Origin: Acidothermus cellulolyticus 11B
GTDB lineage: Bacteria; Actinomycetota; Actinomycetes; Acidothermales; Acidothermaceae
Direction: 5' to 3'
Assembly (NCBI RefSeq): GCF_000015025.1
Contig: NC_008578.1
Coordinates: 600,001 to 632,000, forward strand
Length of the DNA stretch: 32,000 nucleotides
The position numbers and the translations under genes are program-made. The notes beneath the pieces are model-generated. The model was not told the origin of the DNA. It worked only from the letters and a program-made list of their open reading frames with translations, and did no database searches. This document shows positions 8,447 to 16,656 of this stretch, one piece after another; positions within the stretch are counted from its first letter, which is position 1, and each line of letters starts with the position of its first letter.

Positions 8447-8489
8447 CGTTGGGTTGTGGGCCGAGACTGTCTTGGCCCACAACCCAACG
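8447..8489 (+). promoter_or_regulatory. Intra-operon GC-rich stem-loop (16-bp perfect stem, 11-nt loop) between the SBP and ATPase genes
   Basis: cGTTGGGTTGTGGGCC (8447-8462) pairs with GGCCCACAACCCAACg (8474-8489). The loop is GAGACTGTCTT. No T-tract follows. Confidence 0.6.
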
Positions 8490-8510
8490 TGGTTGACGAG
8501 TGAGGCTGAC

Positions 8511-9977
8511 GTGTCGGAGACGGTTCTTCAAGTTCGCAATCTTGCTAAGCGTTACGGACCTGTAGTGGCTCTTCGCTCCGTTGACCTCGATATCAAGCGC
8601 GGCGAGATCCACGCGCTTCTCGGCGCCAACGGCGCCGGAAAATCGACGCTCGTCAAGATCCTGAGCGGCGTCGCCCAAGCGGATGCTGGTTCCATCATGC
8701 TCACGGGGCGGAGCGTTCGCTTTCGTAATCCATCCCAGGCTCGAGCTGCCGGCCTCGCGACAGTGTTCCAAGAGCCTGCACTTATCGGCGAGCTGACGGT
8801 CAGAGAGAATCTCAGCCTCACCCATTCGGATCCCGATCAAGTCCGCGAAGCGTTGGCTAGCTTTGGAGTATCCGATCTGCAGTTTGATGAGCTTGTGCGC
8901 GACCTTCCCTTGTTTCTTCTTCGGCTCATCGACTTAGCCAAGCAACTTGTGTTGTCTCCACGCGTTCTCCTGCTTGACGAGTTGACGGCCGCTCTTCCCT
9001 CGGATATCACTGAACGCGTTTTTTCCGTACTCCGCGAGGCGGTACGCGCCGGACAGTCTATCTTGTTCATCTCTCATCGTCTCGCGGAAGTTATGGAACT
9101 GTGTGATCGTTGTACGGTGCTTCGTGACGGTTGCAACGTGGAGACTTTCGAGCCACGCGACGGAGGCGAAGGGCGCATGGTGGCAGCCATGCTCGGAACG
9201 TCGCCAGAACAGCTAACGGCGCGGGAGTCGCGCGTCATTCATCAGACGCGGGAGCAGGTGCCACTGCTTGACGTCAAGCATCTTACGGTTGGCCCGCTGC
9301 GTGACGTTAGCTTTAGCGTGCACAAGGGGGAGGTCGTCGGACTTATCGCGCTCGAAGGGCAGGGTCAGGACGTGCTCTTTGCGGCACTAGCGGGTGAGTA
9401 TCGACCCTCGTCTGGCCAGATAGTTGTGTGCGGTAAACCGCTGAGCGCCCGCGGACCTGCAGATGCCATTCGCCAGGGACTCGTACTAGTACCCGCGGAC
9501 CGAGCGACTGCGCTGCTTCCTAAGCGGCCGATCAGAGAAAACCTTACCCTTCCGCTATACGCGCGCTTTCGCTCATGGGGAGCGATCAGATGGAAGGCGG
9601 AGAAGCGGCGCATCGAAGATGTCGTACGCCGTCTCGCGATAGATGCCAGGGCAGGAGCTGCTGGTCGGCTGTCTGGCGGCAACCAGCAGAAGCTGACGAT
9701 TGGCCGCTGGCTTGCATCCGGCTTTCAGGTCTTGCTGCTCTTCGACCCTACGCGCGGCATAGACATTGGCACGAAAAGACAGCTGTATGTACTTATTCGC
9801 GATCTCGCTGCGGCCGGAGCAGGTATTCTTATGTTTACCAGCGAGCTGCGCGAGATCTCGCTGGTCGCCGACCGTGTGCTGGTGTTGTACAACGGTCAGA
9901 TCATAGAGGAGCTTCCACCTGACACCGATGAGGAGACGCTGCTCAGCGCATGTCACGGATTGGAAGTCGCGAGGTGA
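8511..9977 (+). CDS. Sugar ABC transporter ATP-binding protein with two fused NBDs (RbsA/XylG type)
   Basis: NBD1 has Walker A GANGAGKST, Walker B LLLDELT and H-loop FISHRL. NBD2 has the signature LSGGNQQK. I chose GTG 8511 so that the N-terminus (VSETVLQVRNLAKRYG) matches family proteins and the hairpin stays non-coding. The track start is 8454. Confidence 0.85.
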   Translation: MSETVLQVRNLAKRYGPVVALRSVDLDIKRGEIHALLGANGAGKSTLVKILSGVAQADAGSIMLTGRSVRFRNPSQARAAGLATVFQEPALIGELTVRENLSLTHSDPDQVREALASFGVSDLQFDELVRDLPLFLLRLIDLAKQLVLSPRVLLLDELTAALPSDITERVFSVLREAVRAGQSILFISHRLAEVMELCDRCTVLRDGCNVETFEPRDGGEGRMVAAMLGTSPEQLTARESRVIHQTREQVPLLDVKHLTVGPLRDVSFSVHKGEVVGLIALEGQGQDVLFAALAGEYRPSSGQIVVCGKPLSARGPADAIRQGLVLVPADRATALLPKRPIRENLTLPLYARFRSWGAIRWKAEKRRIEDVVRRLAIDARAGAAGRLSGGNQQKLTIGRWLASGFQVLLLFDPTRGIDIGTKRQLYVLIRDLAAAGAGILMFTSELREISLVADRVLVLYNGQIIEELPPDTDEETLLSACHGLEVAR

Positions 9978-10024
9978 GACGTCGCTTGGGCATAGGACGA
10001 TAGCCTAAAGAGAGGGCTTAAAAG

Positions 10025-11029
10025 ATGACCACGGCTCCTCCACGACCGGCGCTTGTACCGAAACCTACGAGCCGCTGGGCGCGTTTGCGGCGGCGCCATG
10101 GCTGGCTTATTGTTACGGCAGGCTTCTTGCTCGTACTTTTCTTCTGGCGATTTAGTCAGCTACCTAAGTTTGGGGGCTTTGAGCTCCGCACGATCACCGC
10201 GGGTGCGATGGTCGTAGCCTTCCTTGGGATGGGGCAGGCCATCGTTATCATCTCGGGAGGGATTGATCTGGCGCTGGGCGCGGCGATGGTATTCGCGAAC
10301 TGTCTATCAGCGCTATGGATGAAGGGTCAACACACCGGAATGTGCTTCCTTCTGGCCATCGCGGTCATCGCGATCGGAGCGGCCATCGGAACGATCGTTG
10401 GAACCACAATTGTGCTCTCGCGTGTCCCTGATATTGTTGTCACGCTAGCGTATCTCTTTGTTCTTTCGGGTGCCGCGCTGCTGATACTGAACCAGCCCGG
10501 CGGCGGGACGGCGCAAGGCTTTCGATCGGCCGTCGCGGGTGGACTTTCCCAGCCTTTGCCGTCGATCCTGTGGACTGTTGGAGTTCTTAGCGTGTTGTGG
10601 ATGCCACTAAAGCGGAGCACTTTAGGTGTCAAGCTATATGCCATCGGCGGCAATCGCGCAGCCGCGTACCTAGCTGGCGTTGATGTATCGCGCGTGCGCG
10701 TGGTCGCCTACACGTTGGGCGGAATGTTCGCCGGCATGGCAGGAGTGATCAATACGGCCTATACCGGCAGTGGTGATCCTCGCAGTAGTATCGGACTTGC
10801 AGCGACACTCTCAAGCATCGCTGCCGCAGTACTTGGCGGTGTAGCGCTGACGGGCGGGGTCGGTGGACTTGTCGGACCCGTTTTGGCAGCGGTCGTCTTG
10901 GGCCTCATTCCAGCTATCATGCTTGGTGAGGGTGTAGATCCGAATCTCGCTCAGGTAGTCCAGGGATGCGTCATTATTGTCGTCGTCATGATTGGGACAT
11001 GGCTAGCAGTCAAAAGGCGTGCCACGTAG
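10025..11029 (+). CDS. Sugar ABC transporter permease (BPD_transp_2 / RbsC-like)
   Basis: Highly hydrophobic multi-span protein containing the conserved AIGGNRAAAYLAGV motif of ribose-type permeases. AGAGAGGG lies upstream of the ATG. Confidence 0.85.
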   Translation: MTTAPPRPALVPKPTSRWARLRRRHGWLIVTAGFLLVLFFWRFSQLPKFGGFELRTITAGAMVVAFLGMGQAIVIISGGIDLALGAAMVFANCLSALWMKGQHTGMCFLLAIAVIAIGAAIGTIVGTTIVLSRVPDIVVTLAYLFVLSGAALLILNQPGGGTAQGFRSAVAGGLSQPLPSILWTVGVLSVLWMPLKRSTLGVKLYAIGGNRAAAYLAGVDVSRVRVVAYTLGGMFAGMAGVINTAYTGSGDPRSSIGLAATLSSIAAAVLGGVALTGGVGGLVGPVLAAVVLGLIPAIMLGEGVDPNLAQVVQGCVIIVVVMIGTWLAVKRRAT

Positions 11030-11065
11030 GGTTCCAGCGTCTGGCGATGCTCTCCGGAGGAAGGT

Positions 11066-12055
11066 ATGAGTGCAGTGACGGCCCCCGCCGATCAAGCGAG
11101 TTGGCGGGATAGGCTTGCGGAGCGGCCCTTCGTGGCGCTTTTCGGCGTATTTGCGGTGCTGTATCTCGTAACAGGCATCCGAGACCACGGACTCTTCACC
11201 GAGAACGGCCTTCGCGCGGTCCTACTTCTCACGTGTCCGCTTGCGATCTTCGGCGCGGCCGAAACACTGTGCATGCTAACTGGCGGAATTTCCTTGTCTG
11301 TTACAATGACTGCTAACCTCGCTGCTTATGTAGCCGCCAGCAAGAGTCATCTCGGCACAGTTCCCGCGATCGGCCTGGCCTTGGCTGTCGGTGTTGCAGT
11401 CGGTTTGGTGAACGGACTGGGTATTGGAGTCTTCAAGGTCAATCCTCTCATTATGACCTTGGGGATGTCGAGCGTCTTGCTCGGTATAACGACAGTCGGT
11501 CTTGTTGGCAATGGATTTCTTGCTGGCACAACACAGATCCTTCCCGTTGTAACGCGCATAAGTACCGGTACGCTGGTCGGTCCTATCCCGAGCAACGCTG
11601 TCGTGCTTGCTGTTATAGCCGCACTGCTGATTTGGGGACTGGGGCGCACAGGTATAGGAAGACTGATCTATGCGATTGGCGACAATACCACGGCCAGCCG
11701 TCTTGCTGGAGTGAAACTGTGGCAAGTAGTGATTGCCGTATACATCGGTACCGAATTGCTAGCCGCGGTTGCCGGCCTGCTTTATTCGGGAATCAGTGGC
11801 GGCGTGGCTCCTGACCAGACAAATAGCTACCTGTTGACTGCGATCGCTGCTGCTGTGCTAGGCGGAACCTCGATCTTCGGTGGCCAAGGAGGATACGCAG
11901 GCACGATTTTAGGTGCCCTGAGTCTCACGGTCCTAGACCGTCTCTTGACCTCGCTAAATACGTCCGACGCAGTCCGCCAAGTGGTGTATGGACTCGTCGT
12001 GCTCTTGCTCGCTTGGCTGTACGCACGCGTCACGGGACGGAGACTTCTATCATGA
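11066..12055 (+). CDS. Sugar ABC transporter permease (BPD_transp_2 / RbsC-like), second subunit
   Basis: Hydrophobic paralogue of the previous gene, with AIGDNTTASRLAGV. GGAGGAAGG lies upstream of ATG 11066. Confidence 0.85.
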   Translation: MSAVTAPADQASWRDRLAERPFVALFGVFAVLYLVTGIRDHGLFTENGLRAVLLLTCPLAIFGAAETLCMLTGGISLSVTMTANLAAYVAASKSHLGTVPAIGLALAVGVAVGLVNGLGIGVFKVNPLIMTLGMSSVLLGITTVGLVGNGFLAGTTQILPVVTRISTGTLVGPIPSNAVVLAVIAALLIWGLGRTGIGRLIYAIGDNTTASRLAGVKLWQVVIAVYIGTELLAAVAGLLYSGISGGVAPDQTNSYLLTAIAAAVLGGTSIFGGQGGYAGTILGALSLTVLDRLLTSLNTSDAVRQVVYGLVVLLLAWLYARVTGRRLLS

Positions 12056-13272
12056 ACGGCTACGGCAATGTCGGAGCGGCGATCGTGGGAACGGGCTTCA
12101 TGGCCACCGCGCATACAGATGCACTCCGGCGACTTGGTGTCCAAGTGCGTGGCATTGTAGGCCGCACGCCTGAGCGTGGTGACACGGCCGCGAGGAGGCT
12201 CGGCCTGCCTCGGGCATATAGATCACTTGCTGAGGTCCTGGAAGACCGCAGCGTTCAGGCCGTGCATATCGTAACGCCTAACTCATTACACGCCCAGCAA
12301 GTGATGCAGGCGTTAGAGGCGGGGAAGCACGTGATCTGCGAAAAGCCTCTGGCACCGTCCTCTGAAGAAGCTTCAGCGTTGGTCGACATGAGTCTTCACG
12401 CTGACACCGTGACTGCCGTGTGTCTCAACGTGCGCTACTACCCGCAGTGCATCCATGCGCGAGATCTGATTGCGCGCGGCCGGATCGGCACCGTGCGGAT
12501 GGTGACCGGTCGCTATCACCAAGACTGGCTCGCGCGGGCAACGGACTGGAACTGGCGTCTAGAGCCCGATCAGCAAGGGAGACTCCGTGCCGTGGCCGAC
12601 ATCGGGGTGCATTGGCTCGACCTTGTGCAGACGTGGCTCGACGACCGTATCGACAGTGTCTTTGCCGATCTCTATACATTCCTGCCTAAACGTAGGCGCC
12701 CGACGGCGACCATGGAAACCTTTCGCCACGTCCGAGACGAGGAGGTGAGCGGTGTCGAGGTCGACGTTCACAGCGATGACGCTGCCGCCCTACTGGCACG
12801 GTTCCGTAATGGAGCCCGGGCTGTCGCGACCTTTAGCCAAGTCTCCTATGGCAACAAGAACTGCATCGAAGTCCAGGTGGACGGCTCTGAATCGTCGCTG
12901 ACATGGCGCTCGGAGGAGCCGGAGTACTTATGGCTGGGGCATCGCGGGCAACCCAACGAATTGGTAACCAAAGACTACGATCTCTTGAGTGATCTCGCAA
13001 CCAAGAAGGCTCGCTATCCTGTAGGCCACGTCGAAGGCTATCCGGACACCTTCGTCTCGCTATTCGGAGATGTCTACGACGACATATTACGCGGCGGTCG
13101 TTCCGCTCAGCCGCGTTATCCCACATTTACGGATGGCTACGATCTCGTCCTGATCTGCGAAGCAATCGAAGAATCAGCACGCGTAGGACGTTGGGTTCCA
13201 GTGAGGAGGAGCGATGAAACTCGGACTGCTGACAGCAGCGTTTCCCAATTCAACTCTTTCCGAAATCGCTGA
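12052..13272 (+). CDS. Gfo/Idh/MocA-family NAD(P)-dependent oxidoreductase
   Basis: The N-terminal Rossmann motif VGAAIVGTGFMATAH and the EKPLA motif (VICEKPLAPS) define the family. ATG 12052 overlaps the permease stop as ATGA (12052-12055). The 3' end overlaps the next gene by 59 nt. Confidence 0.8.
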   Translation: MNGYGNVGAAIVGTGFMATAHTDALRRLGVQVRGIVGRTPERGDTAARRLGLPRAYRSLAEVLEDRSVQAVHIVTPNSLHAQQVMQALEAGKHVICEKPLAPSSEEASALVDMSLHADTVTAVCLNVRYYPQCIHARDLIARGRIGTVRMVTGRYHQDWLARATDWNWRLEPDQQGRLRAVADIGVHWLDLVQTWLDDRIDSVFADLYTFLPKRRRPTATMETFRHVRDEEVSGVEVDVHSDDAAALLARFRNGARAVATFSQVSYGNKNCIEVQVDGSESSLTWRSEEPEYLWLGHRGQPNELVTKDYDLLSDLATKKARYPVGHVEGYPDTFVSLFGDVYDDILRGGRSAQPRYPTFTDGYDLVLICEAIEESARVGRWVPVRRSDETRTADSSVSQFNSFRNR

Positions 13273-14131
13273 TTGGAGTGCAGCGCACGGCTTCGACGCT
13301 CTCGAGGTCGCGTGTTGGCCGCGCGAAGAAGGAGCAACACGGCGTTACGCTGGAGTCTGTCACATTGACGTTGCAACGCTTGACAAGGCGAAGGCGGAAG
13401 AAATTAACAATGAGCTGGCATCAAAGGGTGTTGCGATAAGTGCACTTGGCTACTATCCCAATCCGCTCCATCCAGACATGTCCCACCGCGAGACGGTGCT
13501 CAACCATCTACGCGCCGTCATTCGAGCGGCTCAATTGCTCAACGTCTCAGTGGTTAATACATTTATCGGCGCAGACGCCAGCAAGCCGCTTCCGGAGAAC
13601 ATTAAGGACGCCCGGCGGTTCTTACCGGACCTTGTAGCTTATGCGCGAGACCATGGCGTGCGCCTTGCCATTGAGAACTGTCCGATGATCTTCAGTTGGG
13701 ACGAATGGCCCGGTGGTCATAATCTCTTTTACGCACCGTCAACATGGCGGGAAATATTCGGATGGTTCGATGACGGAACCTTGGGATTGAACTTGGATCC
13801 GTCACATCTTATCTGGCAGATGATTGATATTGAGCGGGTCATCCGCGAATTCGGAGAGCGTATCTATCATGTCCACGCAAAAGACCTGGAAATCGATCGA
13901 GATGGTCTATATGAGCGTGGGATTCTTTCTCTCGGAATGGGATGGCAGATCCCACGTCTCCCAGGTCTAGGTGAGGTGCCGTGGGCGCGGGTCTTCTCCG
14001 CGTTATATCGCGTCGGATATGACGGATACGTTGTGGTCGAGCATGAGGACCGGAGCTTTGAAGGAACAGTTGAGCGCGTCCGTGCCGGCTTCCTTCTGGC
14101 ACGAGATGTCTTGAGACCATTTATCGTCTGA
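13214..14131 (+). CDS. Sugar phosphate isomerase/epimerase-family protein (xylose-isomerase-like TIM barrel, AP_endonuc_2)
   Basis: MKLGLLTAAF..., GFDALEV, RLAIENCP, HVHAKD and VVVEHED are the typical barrel and metal-ligand segments of this family. A strong GAGGAGGAG lies immediately upstream of ATG 13214. Confidence 0.8.
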   Translation: MKLGLLTAAFPNSTLSEIADWSAAHGFDALEVACWPREEGATRRYAGVCHIDVATLDKAKAEEINNELASKGVAISALGYYPNPLHPDMSHRETVLNHLRAVIRAAQLLNVSVVNTFIGADASKPLPENIKDARRFLPDLVAYARDHGVRLAIENCPMIFSWDEWPGGHNLFYAPSTWREIFGWFDDGTLGLNLDPSHLIWQMIDIERVIREFGERIYHVHAKDLEIDRDGLYERGILSLGMGWQIPRLPGLGEVPWARVFSALYRVGYDGYVVVEHEDRSFEGTVERVRAGFLLARDVLRPFIV

Positions 14132-14155
14132 GCCTGGCTGCATCCCAGGTACGAT

Positions 14156-14200
14156 TACCCACGACCTCGCGCCCGCCTGCCGGGCTCGAGGCCGTGGGTA
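14156..14200. terminator. Long imperfect GC-rich hairpin between convergent genes (candidate bidirectional terminator)
   Basis: TACCCACG-a-CCTCG-c-GCCCG [cctgc] CGGGC-t-CGAGG-c-CGTGGGTA gives 18 bp in three helices, two 1x1 mismatches and a 5-nt loop. It lies in the 146-bp gap between the 14131 (+) and 14278 (-) gene ends. There is no U-tract. Confidence 0.45.
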
Positions 14201-14277
14201 AATTGCCGTCGCAGTCATCCGTACGCTCGTCTCACGCGGACGGACGCTGAGCCTCGCGCGCATCGGTGCTCGCTTCG

Positions 14278-15468
14278 TTAGACGATTCGGTCTAAGAAAT
14301 CGCCAGTCCGAGGATCCTTGAGAATGAGCTTCTGACGCCCGTCAGGCAGACGCTCTTGCTTAACAAGGATGAGATCGCCGACATTTTGGTGACGCCTCTC
14401 AATCCTGTGAGATTGACCGCCTCGCCACTCGAGATTGATAGTCTCCCAGCGATGGTTTCTTGCGGAGGCCAGACAGGCGTCGATAATGGCGTTGACGATG
14501 TATCCGTCATAGACCGTCTCCCTCGGCTGTCGACCCGCGTCAAGCGCTGCGAACATGTCGTCGAACATATCGACATAGCCGAGTTCGCCGATCTCGTCGC
14601 CTACCGGGAAGAGCCAACCGCGCTCGACCTCGGCCTTCTCGGCGACGTACGAGGAGTTCGCCTCGCTCGTGAACATCTCGAAGCCGGTGCGCAGGAAGTG
14701 ATTCAGCCAGATGGTACCCTCGGTGCCGGCGACCTCATCGCGGAGATCCATGCCGCCACGGAATGTCCAGCTGACCTCAAACTGACCTAGCGCGCCATTC
14801 TCAAACCTGATCAATCCAACCGCATTGTCTTCAGCATCTATAGGGTGGACGAGGGTGTCAGCCCAGCATAAAGCTTCAATCGGTCGAACGTGCTTACCGA
14901 CGAAACTCCTGATGATCTCGATGCAATGACACCCGAGATCGACGATAGCGCCCGCGCCGGCGCGGCGGGGATCCCAAAACCACGCGCTGTGCGGCCCAGG
15001 ATGTGTTTCCCGACTTCGGACCCAGAGCACGTCGCCGAGTGTTCCTTGCTCGACGTACTCCAAGGCCCGGAGCGTCTTTGGGGTGTAGCAGAGATCCTCC
15101 AAGTAGCCGGCGAATATGCCCGCTTCCTCCACTATGCGAAGGATTTCACGCGCTTCTGTGGCCGTCCGTGCTAGCGGCTTGGTCACGAGGACGGCCTTGC
15201 CTGCAGTGGCGGCGAGCTTAACTGCTGGCAGGTGGAGGTCGTTTGGTAAGGCCACTACGACGGTGTCAATCGCGGGGTGACTGGTGGCCTCTTCGAGGTC
15301 TGTTGTCCAGGTAGCGATCTGAAAACGCTCGGCGAATTCGCGCGCGCGTTCTGCCGTTCGCGAATACACGACCGCCACCTCGTCCCGCGAGCGGCCACGA
15401 CGGAGGGTCTGCGCGTAGAAGTTTCCGATCAATCCGGTGCCGAGAATGCCGATTCGATGTGATGTCAT
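14278..15468 (-). CDS. Gfo/Idh/MocA-family NAD(P)-dependent oxidoreductase
   Basis: [19 protein letters not shown] Rossmann motif and VLVTKPLA (EKP-like). Full-length 396-aa ORF. Confidence 0.85.
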   Translation of the reverse strand: MTSHRIGILGTGLIGNFYAQTLRRGRSRDEVAVVYSRTAERAREFAERFQIATWTTDLEEATSHPAIDTVVVALPNDLHLPAVKLAATAGKAVLVTKPLARTATEAREILRIVEEAGIFAGYLEDLCYTPKTLRALEYVEQGTLGDVLWVRSRETHPGPHSAWFWDPRRAGAGAIVDLGCHCIEIIRSFVGKHVRPIEALCWADTLVHPIDAEDNAVGLIRFENGALGQFEVSWTFRGGMDLRDEVAGTEGTIWLNHFLRTGFEMFTSEANSSYVAEKAEVERGWLFPVGDEIGELGYVDMFDDMFAALDAGRQPRETVYDGYIVNAIIDACLASARNHRWETINLEWRGGQSHRIERRHQNVGDLILVKQERLPDGRQKLILKDPRTGDFLDRIV

Positions 15469-15613
15469 GGTTCAAACTTATTCGGCGAGGTGGCACATGT
15501 CTAGACCTATCGCCTACGGATCCGCGCTACTACTGGAGCGTTGATCGTCTTCCGTTGCTCGTCGCATAAGAGCCCTGATGTGTCGACCTCTCTGCTGGAC
15601 GTATGCTTCAGGC

Positions 15614-16582
15614 GTGTTGGCCGTACTGGCAGCGCGAACCGATGACACGAATCCCCTTTCCGGACTTGTCGTTGCTGACCGGCCGGAACCTGACGTTCCC
15701 GAGGGTTGGCGTCTGGTGCGTGTCAAGGCCGCAGCACTGAACCACCACGATCTGTGGAGCCTGCGTGGTGTTGGGCTGCGTTCCGATGAGCTGCCGCGCA
15801 TCCTCGGCATGGACGCGGCAGGCGTCGACGAGGACGGCAATCCGGTGGTGGTCCACGCGGTCATCGCGGATCCGGACGCCGGGCGCGGGGACGAAGTCAA
15901 CGACCCTCGGCGCAGTCTGCTCTCCGAGCGGTATGACGGCACGTTCGCCGAACACCTTGTGGTGCCGGCCCGAAATCTCCTTCCTAAACCCGATGCGCTG
16001 GACGACGTCGAGGCCGCCTGTCTGCCGACTGCGTGGCTCACGGCGTATCGGATGCTGCTCCGATCAGGAGCCCGGCCGGGCGACACCATCTTGGTGCAGG
16101 GCGCCGGCGGTGGGGTGTCAACCGCCGCGATTGTGCTCGCCGGCGCGATGGGGTTTCGCGTGTGGGTGGCAACTCGGGACGCCGAGCGTGGCCGTCGCGC
16201 GGCGAACCTGGGCGCCGACGCGGTCTTCGACCGTGGTGAGCGGCTGCCGGAGCGGGTGGATGCCGTTCTGGACAGCGTGGGCGCCGCGACCTGGGGACAC
16301 TCCCTGCGCGCTGTCCGGCCGGGCGGAACTGTCGTGGTCTGCGGCGCGACCAGCGGCGATCCGTCCCCGGTCGAGCTGAACCGGATTTTCTATCAGCAGA
16401 TTCGCATCGTCGGCGTCACCATGGGATCACGCGACGAATTGGCCGGTCTGCTTGCGTTCTGTGCGGCGCGGAACATCCGTCCGGTCATCGACCGCGTGTT
16501 GCCGTTGCATCAAGCGATCGAGGGTTTCGCCGCTCTGGAAGCGGGCGACGTTTTCGGCAAAATCGTCTTCACCATTCCCTAG
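15614..16582 (+). CDS. Medium-chain (zinc-type/quinone oxidoreductase-like) alcohol dehydrogenase family protein
   Basis: VRVKAAALNHHD and ILVQGAGGGVSTAAIVLA (GxGxxG cofactor motif). I placed the start at GTG 15614 so that the N-terminal length fits the family. The track ATG 15578 is the alternative. Confidence 0.75.
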   Translation: MLAVLAARTDDTNPLSGLVVADRPEPDVPEGWRLVRVKAAALNHHDLWSLRGVGLRSDELPRILGMDAAGVDEDGNPVVVHAVIADPDAGRGDEVNDPRRSLLSERYDGTFAEHLVVPARNLLPKPDALDDVEAACLPTAWLTAYRMLLRSGARPGDTILVQGAGGGVSTAAIVLAGAMGFRVWVATRDAERGRRAANLGADAVFDRGERLPERVDAVLDSVGAATWGHSLRAVRPGGTVVVCGATSGDPSPVELNRIFYQQIRIVGVTMGSRDELAGLLAFCAARNIRPVIDRVLPLHQAIEGFAALEAGDVFGKIVFTIP

Positions 16583-16656
16583 CGGCAGTCCCGGCGTCTC
16601 CCACGGGACGACGCGTTGTGCCTGCCGTTCTCAGAGGTCTGTACGCCGCTCCGCGG

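Noticed and set aside
6901-8482. - strand ORFs of 223 aa (6901-7572) and 226 aa (7802-8482) opposite the SIS and SBP genes
   Set aside because: They are antisense to genes with clear SIS and PBP type-I signatures. Their products are low-complexity and lack start-site support.
15469-15613. Mobile-element boundary (att site, tRNA, integrase, IS inverted repeats) at the GC-content switch
   Set aside because: This gap between divergent genes (145 nt if GTG 15614 is the start) contains no tRNA-like sequence and no terminal inverted repeats. Its only resemblance to the 6142-6166 palindrome is isolated hexamers (ACTTAT, GCATAAG) ~75 nt apart. I made no mobile-element call from this window.
16588-16609. 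Small hairpin GTCCCG-n10-CGGGAC between the convergent MDR gene and the small DUF6104-like gene, as a possible terminator
   Set aside because: The stem is only 6 bp with a 10-nt loop and no U-tract. That is too weak to report as a feature.
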